Notes under the pieces: model-generated
Told to the model about the DNA's origin: nothing
Database searches by the model: none
Seen by the model: the letters and a program-made list of their open reading frames with translations, nothing else
Translations under genes and position numbers: made by a program
Origin: Scyliorhinus canicula
Taxonomy: Eukaryota
Assembly: GCF_902713615.1 (NCBI RefSeq)
Contig: NC_052157.1
Coordinates: forward strand, 58,292,325-58,356,324
Reading direction: 5' to 3'
Length of the DNA: 64,000 nt
In this document: piece after piece, positions 11,311-23,915 of the stretch
Position numbering within the stretch: position 1 is the stretch's first letter
Layout: each line of letters opens with the position of its first letter

Positions 11311-12882
11311 AATGTTATAGCTGAGGTACCAATTAGGCTTCCATAACCGTGGAAAAATTCTGAAAGTCACAATCCAAAGCTATCAGCACAGTGAAGAGTG
11401 AAATTTGATCATTATCAGAGCTTGACTATTTGAACAACTTGTGAAGAAAACTTTTCTTCTCAACTTCTCTTAACTAAATCCTGATTTAAATCAGCAGCTG
11501 TTATTCTGATGATCTTACTCACTGTGTCAGTGTGTCAGTGTGTGGTTAGTAACTGGAACCTATTTTCACTATTGTGCAGCCACAACAGTTTCAGTCTGGG
11601 TCACCTCACCTGCACATTCTGTTCCCTTCGAATTCTGCCCCAATATCTCCTTCTATCCCCTTCTCTCCTGCTCCCCTTACCTTCTCTCTCTGCACCACCT
11701 TCTCTCTGTTTCCCTCTCCCATCATCACCCATTCTCTCTGTCTCTCTTTTTTTCTCATTCTTCCTCAATATAAATCTCCGCTTCTCTCTGTATCATTCAC
11801 TCTCTCTCTCCTCCTCTCCTTCCTCCCTCTCTCTCTGAATCACTCCCTTTTTGCTCCTCCAAGAGTCAGTGTCTCTGTCACTCCTTCTCCCTCACTCCTC
11901 CTTGTTTTCTTATCTATCTCTCTCTGGCTCTATTTTTGCCCCCCTATTGTCTGTGTATCTTTCACTCTCTCTTTCCCAGTTTCCTGCTCGTCTTCTCCTG
12001 TCATTTTCTCTGTTCCACCCTCTCTCACTCCCTCCTACCCTATTTCTCTCTCTCTGGTTACCGAGACGCCTGCCACTGGAAACCCATTATTGACTCTATG
12101 CAAACCCCTCATCATTTTGAACGTCTCAATTCAATCTCCTCCCCAACATTCTCTGCTGTAAGGGAAACAATACCAGCTTCTCCCAGTCTCTCCTCATTAA
12201 CCGGGGTCCCGCATCCCTGGGAGCCATTCCAGTAAATCTCTTCCGTACCCTCTCCAAGGCCCTGACATCCTTCCTGTAGTGTGAAACGCCCAGAGTTGGA
12301 CACAGTTCTGCAGCTGGAACTGAACCATGGGGAGAAAGAGAAAGAGACAGTAAAGAAGAGATGGTGACAGAGGCACAATGGAAAGATGGAGAGAGATGGA
12401 AACAGAGACAGGCTGATAGACAGAGAGACAGAGAAGAAAACAGTAAAATGATTATCGGCAATATGAAGGGCCTATCTATTAATTCATAAAACCATAGAAT
12501 CTTACAGCACCAGAGAAGGCCATTCGGCCCATCTAACCAGTGCCAGCTCTTTGAAAGATCTATTCAGCAAGTCTCAACTCTCCCATTCCCACTCTTTCCC
12601 CCCATATTCCGGCTATATTTTCCTCTTCCAGTACCCCTTTTGAAAGTTCCTGCTGAATCTGCTTCCTCCGCCCTTTCAGGCAGCACCTTCCAGATCACAA
12701 CAACTCGCTGTGTGTGAAATAAAAATTCTCTTCATTTCCCCCCCCGGTTATTTTCCCGATTCTCTTCAATCTGTGCCCCCTCTGGTTACCGAGCCTCCTG
12801 ACGCTGGGAAGCACATTCTCCTTATCCACTCTATTTTGCACAATTGTATCAATTGAAGCTAAACTGTGGGTTTGTCACCTAC

Positions 12883-13041
12883 CCTGTCGACACTTTCGAG
12901 AGAGCGTTGGAACCATCAGCAACCCAACTCAGGATGATATAAAACAGTGACTTCACTGTGGGTTGTCCAAGTCTTGGCTGGAGCTGAACTTCTGTGAGTT
13001 CACTGGCGAGACGAGGAGGTGGGGAAGTGAGAGGAGGAAGT
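12883..13041 (-). promoter_or_regulatory. Putative TATA-less promoter with tandem ETS/PU.1-type sites and non-coding first exon of the Siglec-like gene
   Basis: GGGGAAGTGAGAGGAGGAAGT at 13021-13041 and donor AGG|gtaggt at 12882. Both are conserved in the paralogous copy and lie upstream of the 9944 acceptor. Function is inferred. Confidence 0.5.
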
Positions 13042-13140
13042 TACTGATTTTGATATCTCGGTAAGAGGTTGTTACATTCATCCATGTACAGGTGAGGTAA
13101 ACCTAAAGTAACGGTCACATTGAGAAGTTAACCACACTCA

Positions 13141-13331
13141 CAGGGGCTGGTTTAGCTCACTGGGCTAAATCGCTGGCTTTTAAAACAGACCAAGCAGACC
13201 AAGCAGGCCAGCAGCACGGTTCAATTCCCGTACCAGCCTCCCCGGACAGGCGCTGGAATGTGGCGACTAGGGGCTTTTCACAGTAACTTCATTGAAGCCT
13301 ACTCGTGACAATAAAGCGATTTTCATTTTCA
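13141..13331 (+). mobile_element. short tRNA-derived SINE, present only in duplication copy 1
   Basis: SINE head and tail; the empty site in copy 2 reads CTACACTCACATCACTG at ~57562. Confidence 0.88.
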
Positions 13332-13603
13332 TCACTGAGTTGTCAGAGACTCAAGTTTTACACAGCATCATTGAGTTTTAGATATTAATTAACAAGTTCT
13401 AAAAGTGTTTAAAGTCCAATTAACCTGCTCCACTCACAACCTGTCATTTGCTCTTTTGGAATTTTAGGAACAGCGAAGAGGCCATTCAGCTCCTCAGACA
13501 TGCCCCAGCATTTCAAACACCTCTCCAACCCCTGTCCCCTCTTCCATTCCCAGAACCTCCCTATCTCTGCAATGACCCCAAGCCGCAACAACCATCCCTA
13601 TGA

Positions 13604-14130
13604 TGGGCAGCACGGTGGCACAGTTTTTTTAATTTTAACTTTACAGTACCCAATTCATTTTTTCCATTTAAGGGGCAATTTAGCGTGGCTAATCCACCTA
13701 CCCTGCACAACTTTTGGTTGTGGGGGCGAAACCCACGCAAACACGGGGAGAATGTACAAGCTCCACACGGACAGTGACCCAGAGCCGGGATCGAACCTGG
13801 GACCTCAGCGCCGTGAGGCCGCAGGGCTAACCCAATGGGCCACCGTGCTGCCCTCACATGGTAGCATTGTGGTTTCACAGCGCCAGGATCCCAGATTTGA
13901 TTCCTGGCTGGGTTGCTGTCTGTGGGAGTCTGCACGTTCTCCCCGTTGGTTTGCTCCGGGTGCTCCGGTTTCCTCCCACAAATCCCAAAAGACGTGCTGT
14001 TAGGTAATTTGGACATTCTGAATTTTCTCTCTGTGTACCCAAACAGGCACTGGAATGTGGCGACTAGGGACTTTTCACAGTAACGTCATTGCAATGTAAG
14101 CCTACATGTGACAATAAAGAATATTATTAA
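13604..14130. mobile_element. Nested SINEs: a minus-strand SINE (~13624-13853) inside a plus-strand V-SINE
   Basis: Plus-strand head GGGCAGCACGGTGGCACAG is broken by a reverse-complement SINE; the plus-strand core resumes after ~13855. Confidence 0.75.
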
Positions 14131-14134
14131 ATTA

Positions 14135-14530
14135 TCTCTGTAACCTGCGCCAGCCGCCACTGTCCACCGTGCCTGGGCGCAGGTGGCAGAGATGGTCAGT
14201 GCCATCAGCAACACTCTCCAGACAGCCAGCAGTACCAGAAAAAACTGCATGACCTCCCCAGGGTGGCCAGTGTGAGTAGGCAGCACTGTGCCCCTGGCAC
14301 AACCCATGTCCCACACGTCCGTAATTCAACCTCCACCCCCAACAACCTGGAGGGCAGACAAACCCCCACCCTGCACCACATGCCAGCACGCATACCGGCC
14401 ACCATGGCCGGGTGCCCTGGCCACTGACGCCTCCAGCTACCCACCCCCTGGGCTCCAACCATCAGACTGTCTAACATTATCATTTTCTGTTTCCTCCCCC
14501 ATCCCATCACCCTCAGGAGAAGGCTGCATA
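14135..14530. mobile_element. Fragment of the same Harbinger-like element family as 32150-32400
   Basis: Shared CATGCCA.CAC.CATAC...CATGGCCGGGTGCCCTG...GGCCACT and CCCTC.CCAGGAGAAGGC.GC motifs. Confidence 0.55.
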
Positions 14531-14769
14531 TAAGGTCATAAGCTCATAAAATATAGGAGCAGTATTAGGCCATTCAGCCCATCTAGGCGTCTCCGCCATT
14601 CTATCATGGCTGGTATGTTCCTCATCTACTACCTACAATGTTACAGACAAGAGTTCGATTGTAAAATCAGCCAGAGCATCTCCTCCCCAGAACACATGAC
14701 CTATGAGCAGGAATTGCCAATTTAGCCTCCCGAGCCCAGCAGCCTCAATATGATCATGGCTGATCCCAT

Positions 14770-16860
14770 CCTGGCCTCAACTCTACCGTCCTGCCCGTTC
14801 TCCAAACCCTTCAACCCAGTGGACTGGTCCATATTTAAGAACTCAGCGACCAACTTAAATGAATATGCCACCACCGTCACAGACTTCATCAGCAAATGTG
14901 TGGACGACTGCGTGCCAAAGAAAGCAGTACGTATGTTCCCCAACCAGAAACCATGGCTCAATCGCGAGATTGACTCCCTACTGAAGGACAGATCTGAGGG
15001 GTTCAAGTCAGACAACCCTGACCTATGCAAGAAATCCAGGTAGACCTCCGCAAAGCCATCCAAGATGCCAAGGGAGAATATCAAACCAAGCTAGAGTAAC
15101 CTGGCAGACTCTCGGCGATTGTGGCAAGGACTAAACAACATAACGGGCTACAAAGCGAAGCCGAGCAGTATCTCCGGCAGCAGTGCACCCCACCCCAATG
15201 AACTCAATGCATTCTATGCTCGGTTCGAGCAGGTAACCAACAATCCGCTGTTGAGTGCCAAGCAGCCTATAACTCACCCATACCCACCATCACAGCTTCC
15301 AAATTCAGATCGGCCTTCCTGAAAGTGAACCCTCGGAAGGCGACGGGCCTGGACGGGATCCCTGGTCGTGCACTCAGAGCCTGCGCGGACCAGCTGGCAG
15401 AGGTGTTCGCAGACATCTTTAACCTGTCCCTACTCCACTCCGAGGTCCCCACCTGCTTCAAGAAGACCACCAACATGCTGGTGCCAAAGAAGAACCAGGC
15501 AACGTGCCTCAATGACTGCCGTCCGGAGGCCCTGACTTCAGACATAATGAAGTGCTTCGAGAGGTTGATCATGAAGTGCATCACCTCAATACTTCCAGAA
15601 TGCCTTGATCCACTGCAGATCGCATACCCCCGCAACCAGTCCACAGCAGACGAAAGTTCCCTGGCCTTACACTCATCCCTAGAGCATCTCGACAACAAGG
15701 ACTCCTACATCAGACACCTATTTATTGACTACAACACCATAATCCCAGCCAAGCTCATATCAAAGCTCCAAAACTTAGGACTTGGCTCCCCACTCTGCAA
15801 AAGGATCCTCGATTTTCTGACCAATAGACCACAATCAGTAAGAATGAACAACAACACCTCCTCCACAATAGTCCTCAACACCGGGGCCCCACGAGGCTGC
15901 GTACTTAGCCCCCTACTCTACTCCCTGTACACATATGACTGTGTGGCAAAATTTGGGTCCAACTTCATCTACAGGTTTGCTGACAATACGACCATAGTGG
16001 GCCGGAACTCGAGTAACGACGAGTAAGAATACAGGAGGGAGATTGAGAACCTAGTGGAGTGGCGCAGCGACAACAATCTCTCCCTTGATGCCAGCAAAAC
16101 TAAAGAGCTGGTCATTGACTTCAGGAAACAAAGTACTGGACACACCTCTGTCAGCATCAATGGGGTGAGGTGGAGATGTTTAGCAGTTTCAAATTCCTAG
16201 GGGTGCACATCTCCAAAAATGTGTCCTGGTCCACCCACGTCGACGCTACCACCAAGAAAGCACAACAGCGCCTATGCTTCCTCAGGAAACTAAGGAAATT
16301 CGGCATGTCCACATTAACCCTTACCAACTTTTACAGATGCACCATAGAAAGCATCCTATCTGGGTGCATCAAAGCGTGCTATGGCAAATGCTCAGCCCAG
16401 GACCGCAAGAAACTTCAGAGAGTCGTGAATACCGCCCGGTCCATCACACGCATCTGCCTCCCATCCACTGACTCCATTTACACCTCCCGCTGCTTGGGGA
16501 AAGCGGGCAGCATAATCAAAGACCCCTCCCACCCGGCTTACTCACTCTTCCAACTTCTTCCATCAGGCAGGAATTACAGAAATCTGAGAACACGCACAAA
16601 CAGATTCAAAAACAGCTTATTTCCCGCTGTTACCAGACTCCTAAATGACCCTCTTATGGACTGACCTCATTAACACTACACCCTGTCTGCTTCACCCAAT
16701 GCCGGTGCTTATGCAGTTACATTGTATATCTTGTGTTGCCCTATTATGTATTTTCTTTTATTCCCTTTTCTTCCCATGTACTTAATGATCTGTTGAGCTG
16801 CTCGCGGAAAAATGCTTTTCACTGTACCTCGGTACACGTGACAATAAATAAATCCTATAC
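14770..16860 (+). mobile_element. Rex1/Babar-like LINE, 5'-truncated, frameshifted RT
   Basis: FPNQKPW, KATGLDGIP, FADIFNLSL, TGAPRGCVLSPLLYSLYT.DC, RFADNT and FKFLGVHIS motifs; 3' end GTGACAATAAATAAATCC. Clade assigned from motif recognition. Confidence 0.78.
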
Positions 16861-17059
16861 AATCCATTACCAATTACAAATTTGCTCAACTCCTTAAATT
16901 TACTCACTGTTCCTGCATCCACCACACTTTCGGATAGCAAATTCCACAGATTCACAACACTTTGGGAGAAGTAGTTTTTCCACAAATCTGTTATAAATTT
17001 GCAATCTCTTATTCTAAGATTATGGCCTCCCATTTTAGAATGCACCACAAGAGAAAGCC

Positions 17060-17855
17060 CCAGCTACATGCGATGAGGACTGTCAGAGGATACAGCAGGA
17101 TTTAGATCGTTTGGAGACTTGGGCGGAGAGGTGGCAGATGGAGTTTAATCCTGACAAATGTGAGGTAATGCATTTTGGAAGGTCTAATGCAGGTAGGAAA
17201 TATACAGTGAATGGTAGAACTCTAAAGAGTATTGAAAGTCAGTGAGATCTAGGTGGACAGGTCCACAGGTCACTGAAAGGGGCAACACAGGTGGAGAAGG
17301 TAGTCAAGAAGGCATACGGCATGCTTGCCTTCATTGGCCGGGGCATTGAGTATAAGAATTGGCAAGTCATGTTGCAGCTGTATAGAACCTTAGTTAGGCC
17401 ACACTTGGAATACAGTGTTCAATTCTGGTCGCCACACTACCAGAAGGATGTGGAGGCTTTAGAGAGGGTGCAGAAGAGATTTACCAGGATATTGCCTGGT
17501 ATGGAGAGCAGTAGCTATGAGGAGCAGTTGAATAACTGCTTTCCCCAGCGTAGAGGGGTCAATTATGAGGGGGCAGAGGTTTAAGGTGCGAGGGGCAAGG
17601 TTTAGAGTGGATGTACGAGGCAAGTTTTTTACACAGAGGGTAGTTGGTGCCTGGAACTCGCTGTCAGAGGAGGTGGTGAAAGCAGGGGCGATAATGACAT
17701 TTAAGGGGCATCTTGACAAATACGTGAATAGGATGGGAATAGAGGGATACGGACCCAGGAAGTGTAGAAGATTGTAGTTTAGTTGGGCAGCATGATCGGC
17801 ACGGGCTTGGAGGGCTGAAGGGCCTGTTCCTGTGCTGTACTTTTCTTTGTTCTTG
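17060..17855 (+). mobile_element. CR1 LINE 3' portion
   Basis: LYRTLVRPHLEYSVQFWSPH, ERVQKRFTR, FFTQRVVGAWN; tail GGGCCTGTTCCTGTGCTGTAC(TTTGTTC)n. Confidence 0.9.
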
Positions 17856-17988
17856 TTCTTTGTTCATGTCTATGTTATCCATACCATTTAGCATCTTGTG
17901 TACCTCAATTAGAAAGCCCCTCATTCTTCCAAACGCTAGAGAGTATAGGCCTAAACTGTTCAATCTCTCCTCAGACGACAAACACCTC

Positions 17989-18714
17989 GGGCGAAATTCT
18001 CCGTCCCCCACGACGGGTGGGAGAATAGCGGGAGGGCCTTCCCGACATTTTTGCCGCCCTCCCGCTATTCTCCCCCCCCACCCCCGCCGAAGTCCCGACC
18101 CGAATCGCTGCCGCCGTTTTTTTACGGCCGGCAGCGATTCACAGCTGTTAGATGGGCCGAAGTCCCAGCCCTTTCCGCCATTTTCACGAACGGCAAACAC
18201 ACCTGGTCTTGCCGTTCGTAAAAACGGCGTCACCAACTCGCTTTTTATAACCATGGCACCGATTGGCACGGCAATACCACGGCCGTGCCAAGGGTGCCAT
18301 GGGCCCGCGATCGGTGGGCACCGATCGCGGGCAGCGGGCCCGATGCCCGCGCACTACTTGTCCTTCCGCCGCCCCGCAGTATCCATTCGCGGGGCGGCTG
18401 AGGGGCAACCCGGCCCGCGCATGCGCGGGTTTCGCGCAAAAACGCGATGACGTCACCCGCGCATGTGCGGGTTGGAGTCTTCCAAACTGCGCATGCGCGG
18501 CTGACGTCATATGACGCGTCAGCCGGTGCTAACTCTGGTAAGCGGGCTTAACGATTTTCGTTAAGCCCGTCTTGCCGGAGCCTACGGCGTCGGGCTGCTA
18601 GCCCCGACCGGGGACCAGAATCGGTCCCCCGTCGGGAAAGGGCGCGCTGCCGTAAAACCCGCCCGGGTTTTACGGCAGCTTTACGATTTCTCCCGTTTTG
18701 GGAGAATCTCGCCC
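17989..18714. mobile_element. PIF/Harbinger-like MITE with TIRs and 3-bp TSD (CTC)
   Basis: Termini GGGCGAAATTCTCC / GGAGAATCTCGCCC; CTC at 17986-17988 and 18715-18717; it splits a minus-strand CR1 fragment. Confidence 0.85.
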
Positions 18715-18761
18715 CTCATCTCTGGAATCAATCTAATGAACCTCCTCTGAACTGCATCTAA

Positions 18762-21700
18762 TGTAGCCATCTAAGATGACCACCTGCAAAGGACCATGGG
18801 AATTATGGCCAACCCAGGCCTCAGACAGATACATAGCCTATGTATATCTAAAACGCAGGTAACCAGATCTGACAGAAACCCCCGCTTGTTTACATTTCAA
18901 TGGCCCATTTTCCCAGGACAATAGAACTCCAATCAAGCAACCGGTACAGCCACAGACTGATCGGCTCCACTCCCTGATGCACTATCAATTACGAGGAGAC
19001 GAGAGTAGAATGTAATCGAAGCTTTAATACACAGAGATGTGTGGCCTCCTACAGCAGCTGATGAAATGGCTGCTGTTCAGAGAGCCAACACATTTATACT
19101 CCGCCTACTGGGTGGAACCAGCAGGTAGGGATCTACCCCATACCTGTAGTACAGGGGCCTTACCGTAAAACCCATATATACAGTATAATGCAACAGTGGT
19201 GACGACCACATTCACTCCCTGTTAGCAATGAGTCCAGCGGGGATGGTGCAAAACTATATACATACAGAATGGTGTTAAAATTACAGAGAAAGTTACAAAT
19301 GTAGGCGATCGGGCGCCTTGATCTGTTGTTGAGAGCGCCGCAGTGCTGGTGGTGACTCAGGCGTCGGCTTGGTCTTCGGTGACTCCGGGAGCGTGTCGAA
19401 ATCCTTTTCTTTCCCGGGTGGGAGCAAGGGAAGGACGGATTGTCCTGGAGCGGGGGCTGCGGTGGTGTGCGCCGGGGGAAGGGAGGGTGCGCCGGGGCAG
19501 AGGGGGGTGGTGTGTGGGGACCCAGCTGGTGCCAGGTCCCTGATGGAGACTGTATCTAGGCGTACTGCGGGTTTGCGTGGAGTAGCTGTACCCTCTCAAC
19601 CAACGGGTCCGCCTTGTGGAGTCGCACGTGTTTACGGAGGAGAATGGGTCCTGGAGCTGCCAGCCACGTTGGGAGTGAAACCCCTTAGGTGGACTTCCTG
19701 GGGAAGGCAAAGAGACGTTCATGGGGGGTTTCGTTAGACGCGGTGAACAGGAGCGGCCGAATGCAGTGAAGTGCGTCGGAGACGACCTCCTGCCAGCAGG
19801 AGGCCGGGAGATTTCTGGACCGTAGGGCCAGCTGGACGGCCCTCCAGACCGTCCCATTCTCCCGCTCTACTTGACCGTTTCCCCGGGGGTTGGAGCTGGT
19901 CGTCCTGCTCGAGGCAATACCCCTGTTGAGTAGGTACTGGCGCAGCTCATCGCTCATAAATGAGGATCCCCGGTCGTTATGGACGTAGGCGGGGAAGACA
20001 AACAGAGTTAAGATGGTGTTGAGGGCTTTGATGATGGTGGCAGACGTCATATCGGGGCATGGGGCAATGAAGGTCAATCGGGAATACTCGTCGACCACAT
20101 TAAGAAACTACATATTACAGTCGGTGGAGGGGAGGGTCCCTTTGAAGTTCACGCTGAGGCATTCAAAGGGGCGGGAGGCCTTCACCAGGCGCGCACGGTC
20201 TGGCTGGTAGAAGTGCGGTTTACACTCCGAGCAGACCTGGCAGTCTCTGGTGATAGCCCTGACTTCCTCGATGGAGTAGTACAGATTGCGGGCCTTAATG
20301 AAGTGTTAAAGCGGGTGACTCCTGGGTGACAGAGATTGTCGTGCAGGGTCCGGAGTCAGTCCACTCGTGTGCTGGCACATGTACCTCGGGTCAGGGCTTC
20401 AGGGGACTCATTGAGCTTGCCGGGGTGATACAAAATCTCTTAATTGTAGGTGGAGACCTCGATCCTCCACCTCAAGATTTTATCATTTTTGATCTTGCCC
20501 CGCTGTCTGTTGTTAAACATGAAGGCTACCGACCGTTGGTCAGTGAGGAGAAGGAATCTCCTGCCGGCCAGGTGATGCCTCCAATGTCGCACAGCTTCAA
20601 CGATCGCTTGGGCCTCCTTTTCGACGGAGGAGTGCCGAATCTGGGAGGCATGGAGGGTGTGGGAACAGAGTGACACGGGCTTGCCTGGTTGAGGGTGGCA
20701 GCCAGAGCGACGTCTGATGCATCGCTCCCGACTTGGAAGGGGAGCATCTCGTTGACCGCGTGCATCGCGGCCTTGGTGATGTCGGCCTTGATACGGTCGA
20801 AGGCCTAATGAGCCTTGGCCATCAGTGGGAAAACGGTGGATTGAATGAGTGAGCGGGCCTTGTCCGCATAGTTTGGAACCCACTGGGAGTAATAGGAAAA
20901 GAACCCCATGCATCGTTTGAGGGCCTAGGGGCAGTTGGGGAGGGAAAGCTCCATGAGGGGGCGCATGTGGTCGGGGTCGGGCCCTGGAACTCCGTTCTGA
21001 ACCACATAGCCGAGGATGGCTAATCGGTTTGTGCTGAACATGCACTTCTCCTTGTTGTAAGTTAGGTTGAGGAGAGTGGCGGTGTCGAGAAATTTGGAAA
21101 GGTTAGCGCCGTGGTCCTGCTGGTCGTGGCCGCAGATTTGACATTAACCAGGTACGGGAAACAGGCCCGCAGTCCGTTGCGGTCAACCATTCGGTCCATC
21201 TCCCGTTGGTGACACCGAAGGGAACCCTAAGGAAATGGTAAAGGCGGCCGTCTACTTCAAACGCACTGTATGGGCAGTCCACCTTACAGATGGGGAGCTG
21301 GTGGTAGGCAGATTTCAGATCCACTGTCGAGAAGACCCGGTACTGTGCAATCTGATTGACCATATCAGATATGCGTGGGAGGGAGTATGCGTCGAGCTGC
21401 GTGCACCGGTTGATGGTCTGACTGTAGTCAACGACCATCCTGTTTTTTACCCCGGTTTTCACCACGACCACTTGGGCTCTCCAGGGGCTGTTGCTGGCCT
21501 CGATAATACCTTCCCGCAGCAGCTGCTGGACCTCAGACCTGATGAAGCTGCTGTCCTGGGCGCTATACCGTCTGCTCCTGGTGGCGACAGGTTTGCAATC
21601 CGGGGTTAGGTTTGCAAAAAGGGAAGGCGGGTCGACCTTAAGGGTCGCGAGGCCGTAAACAGTGAGGGGTGTTAGGGGCCCGCCAAATTTCAGGATTAGG

Positions 21701-23915
21701 CTCTGGAGGTTGCACTGGAAGTCCAGGCCGAGTAGCAAGGCAGCGCAGAGGTTGGGGAGGATGTAGAGCCGGAAGCCGCTGAACTCTACACCCTGGACGG
21801 TGAGGGGGGCGATGCAGTACCCCTGGATCGCCATGGAGTCCGGAGGCCAGGGAGATTCTTTGGCTAGCAGGGTGTACCGCGAGGGAGCAGCGCCTTACCA
21901 TATCGGGGTGGATGAAGCTCTCAGTGCTCCCGGAGTCAAGAAGGCAGGATATCTCGTGCCCGTCGACCTTCACCTTTGTCGAAGCGGTCGCGAGGTTGTG
22001 CGGTCGAGATTGGTCGATTGTGACCGAGGCGAGAAGCGAGTGGTCGTCGGTGGTTGCAGGCGATGAGCCTGCCCGATGGGCAGGTCCTGAGTGGCGTAAG
22101 ATGGCAGCGCCCACGAGCCGCACGTGTCCTGGGGCAGGCAAGATGGTGGCGTTCTCAGGCCGCACTTGTCCTGGGGCAGGCAAGATGGCAGCGCCCATTG
22201 GTTCTGAGGCAAACAAGATGGCGGCGCACAGGGGCCGCACGTGGCATGAAGCGAGGAAGATGGCGGTGCCCACTGGTTTCACGTGGGGGGTGCCGGGACA
22301 ATAGCGCCGATTGAGCGGCCTGGCACACTGCAGCGAAATGTCCCTTCCTGCCACAGGCCTTGCAGAGCGCAACGCTGCCGGGGGTATTTTGTCTGTCCGC
22401 AAAAGTAGCATTTGGGTCCCCCAGGGTTGGTTGGCTGGCGCGCGGTGCAGGCGTGGGGTTGGCTGAGGGCGGTTGCTGATGGGGTCCACGATGGGGTGGC
22501 CGGCAGCGGGGTCCATGATCCATGATGCATGAGGGGGGGGGGGGCCATGCGGTTGGGGGATAAGCCTGTACGTTGCGTGAGGTGACCGTGAGCGAGAGCG
22601 CTAGTTTCTTGGTTGCCACGAGGTCAGGCATGGCCCCTTATAAGAGGCGCTGCCGGATGTCATCAGACCATATGACCGTAACGAACGTGTCTCTCATGAG
22701 CAGGTTCGAATGGTCAGTGGCCAAAACGGTCTGGCAGTCACAGTCACTCACCAGGGCAAGCAGGGCACGCCAGAAATCTTCCACAGACTCACCGTGAAGT
22801 TGGTGCCGCGTGGACAGGAGGTGCCTGGCGTAGATCTTGTTGGTCCACTGAGCATAATTCTCCTTCATAGCACCATGGCCTCTGCGTAGGTCGGCGTGTC
22901 CTGGATGAGGGGAAAAACGTTGGAGCTCAGTCGCGTGTACAGAATCTGGAGCTTCTGTGCTTCTGCGATTGGGCCTGGCGCAGACCCGTTGTACGCTTCA
23001 AAACAGGCTAGCCAATGTTCAAAGTCTTTTTTGGCGTTGTCTGCTTGAGGATGCAGCTGCAGGCGATCCGGCTTGATGCGGAGGTCCATCCCTGAAAAAC
23101 CTCAGTGTAATAAATTGATGTACTATCAATTATGACGAGACGAGAGTAGAATGTAATTGAGGCTTTATTACACAGAGATGTGTGGCCTCCTACAGCAGCT
23201 GATGAAATGGCTGCTGTTCGGAGAGAACACATGTTTATACTCCGCCTACTGGACAGAGCCAGCAGGCAGGGATCGACCCCCGTACCTGTAGTACAGGGGC
23301 CTTACCGTAAAACCCATATGTACAGTATAATACAACAGTGGTGACTACCACACTCCCCTTACTCAGAAAGCACAACTGCCAAGGTCAATGACCACTAAGG
23401 ACCCGCCCAGCTACCAAGGCACCCGCCCCTTTATTGGCCGAAATCGAAGAGAGTAATCAGAGCCCAGTCAAACTATTGGGTCCAAGGTTAGGACTGCCCC
23501 AAAGAGTGCGAAATCCCAGGGGGATGAAAGAGAGCGCAGCCATGTGTTCTGTCTCTCTTGGATCTGGCCTGTGCCACCCAATTGCAGCAGGAACAGCCAG
23601 CTAAGCTACAGACCAACGATCGCTACCTGGTGGATGAGCCCAGCAGAGACAGAGCCACTTTCTTCGAACCAGCCAAGTGAAATCCAGATAAAGGCCTTTA
23701 TCCATTTGCACAGTACCGGTCACCCTGAAGTTAAGTATAGGTTATTGTAGCTGATAGGTGTAGTTTAACTCGTAGTGGATATTGTGTTTGCATGTTGAGA
23801 TAACTCTTGTGTATGTAAATAAACCATCTTTTGAACTAACTAACTGATTGTGTGGTCATTTGATTGATATAAGGGAAAGGCTTGTGGTTGACTGAGATAA
23901 ATAAATAGAGCAACA
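18762..23915. mobile_element. Solo LTR (18762-18974 + 23353-23915) split by the Gypsy insertion
   Basis: Begins TGTAG and ends CAACA, with AATAAA in the 3' part. The CR1 sequence on either side is continuous. Confidence 0.6.
18975..23352 (-). mobile_element. Ty3/Gypsy LTR retrotransposon with two LTRs (18975-19210, 23116-23352), 5-bp TSD CTCCC and frameshifted gag-pol
   Basis: TG..CA LTRs; TSD at 18970-18974 and 23353-23357; PPT AGGGAGTGAA next to the 3' LTR. Domains: gag MDLRIKP with zinc knuckle CKACGRKGHFAAVC, protease LLDSGS, RT VDLKSAYHQ/VPFG, RNase H SDASD, integrase VDEYSR/NDRGSSF/GNGQVEREN. Confidence 0.95.

Larger units (their letters stand above)
11364..13500. repeat. Segmental duplication copy 1 (paralogous to ~55585-57740), containing a CT-rich tract, a CR1 fragment and the putative promoter
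   Basis: Long collinear matches, e.g. GTTATTCTGATGATCTTACTCACTGTGTCAGTGTGTCAGTGTGTGGTTAGTAACT and CAGTAAATCTCTTCCGTACCCTCTCCAAGGCCCTGACATCC in both copies. Confidence 0.95.

Noticed and set aside
11509-12235. Hydrophobic Leu/Ser/Phe-rich ORFs (also 56044-56648) as membrane proteins
   Set aside because: They are translations of a CT-rich tract; frames and lengths are not conserved between the two duplicate copies.
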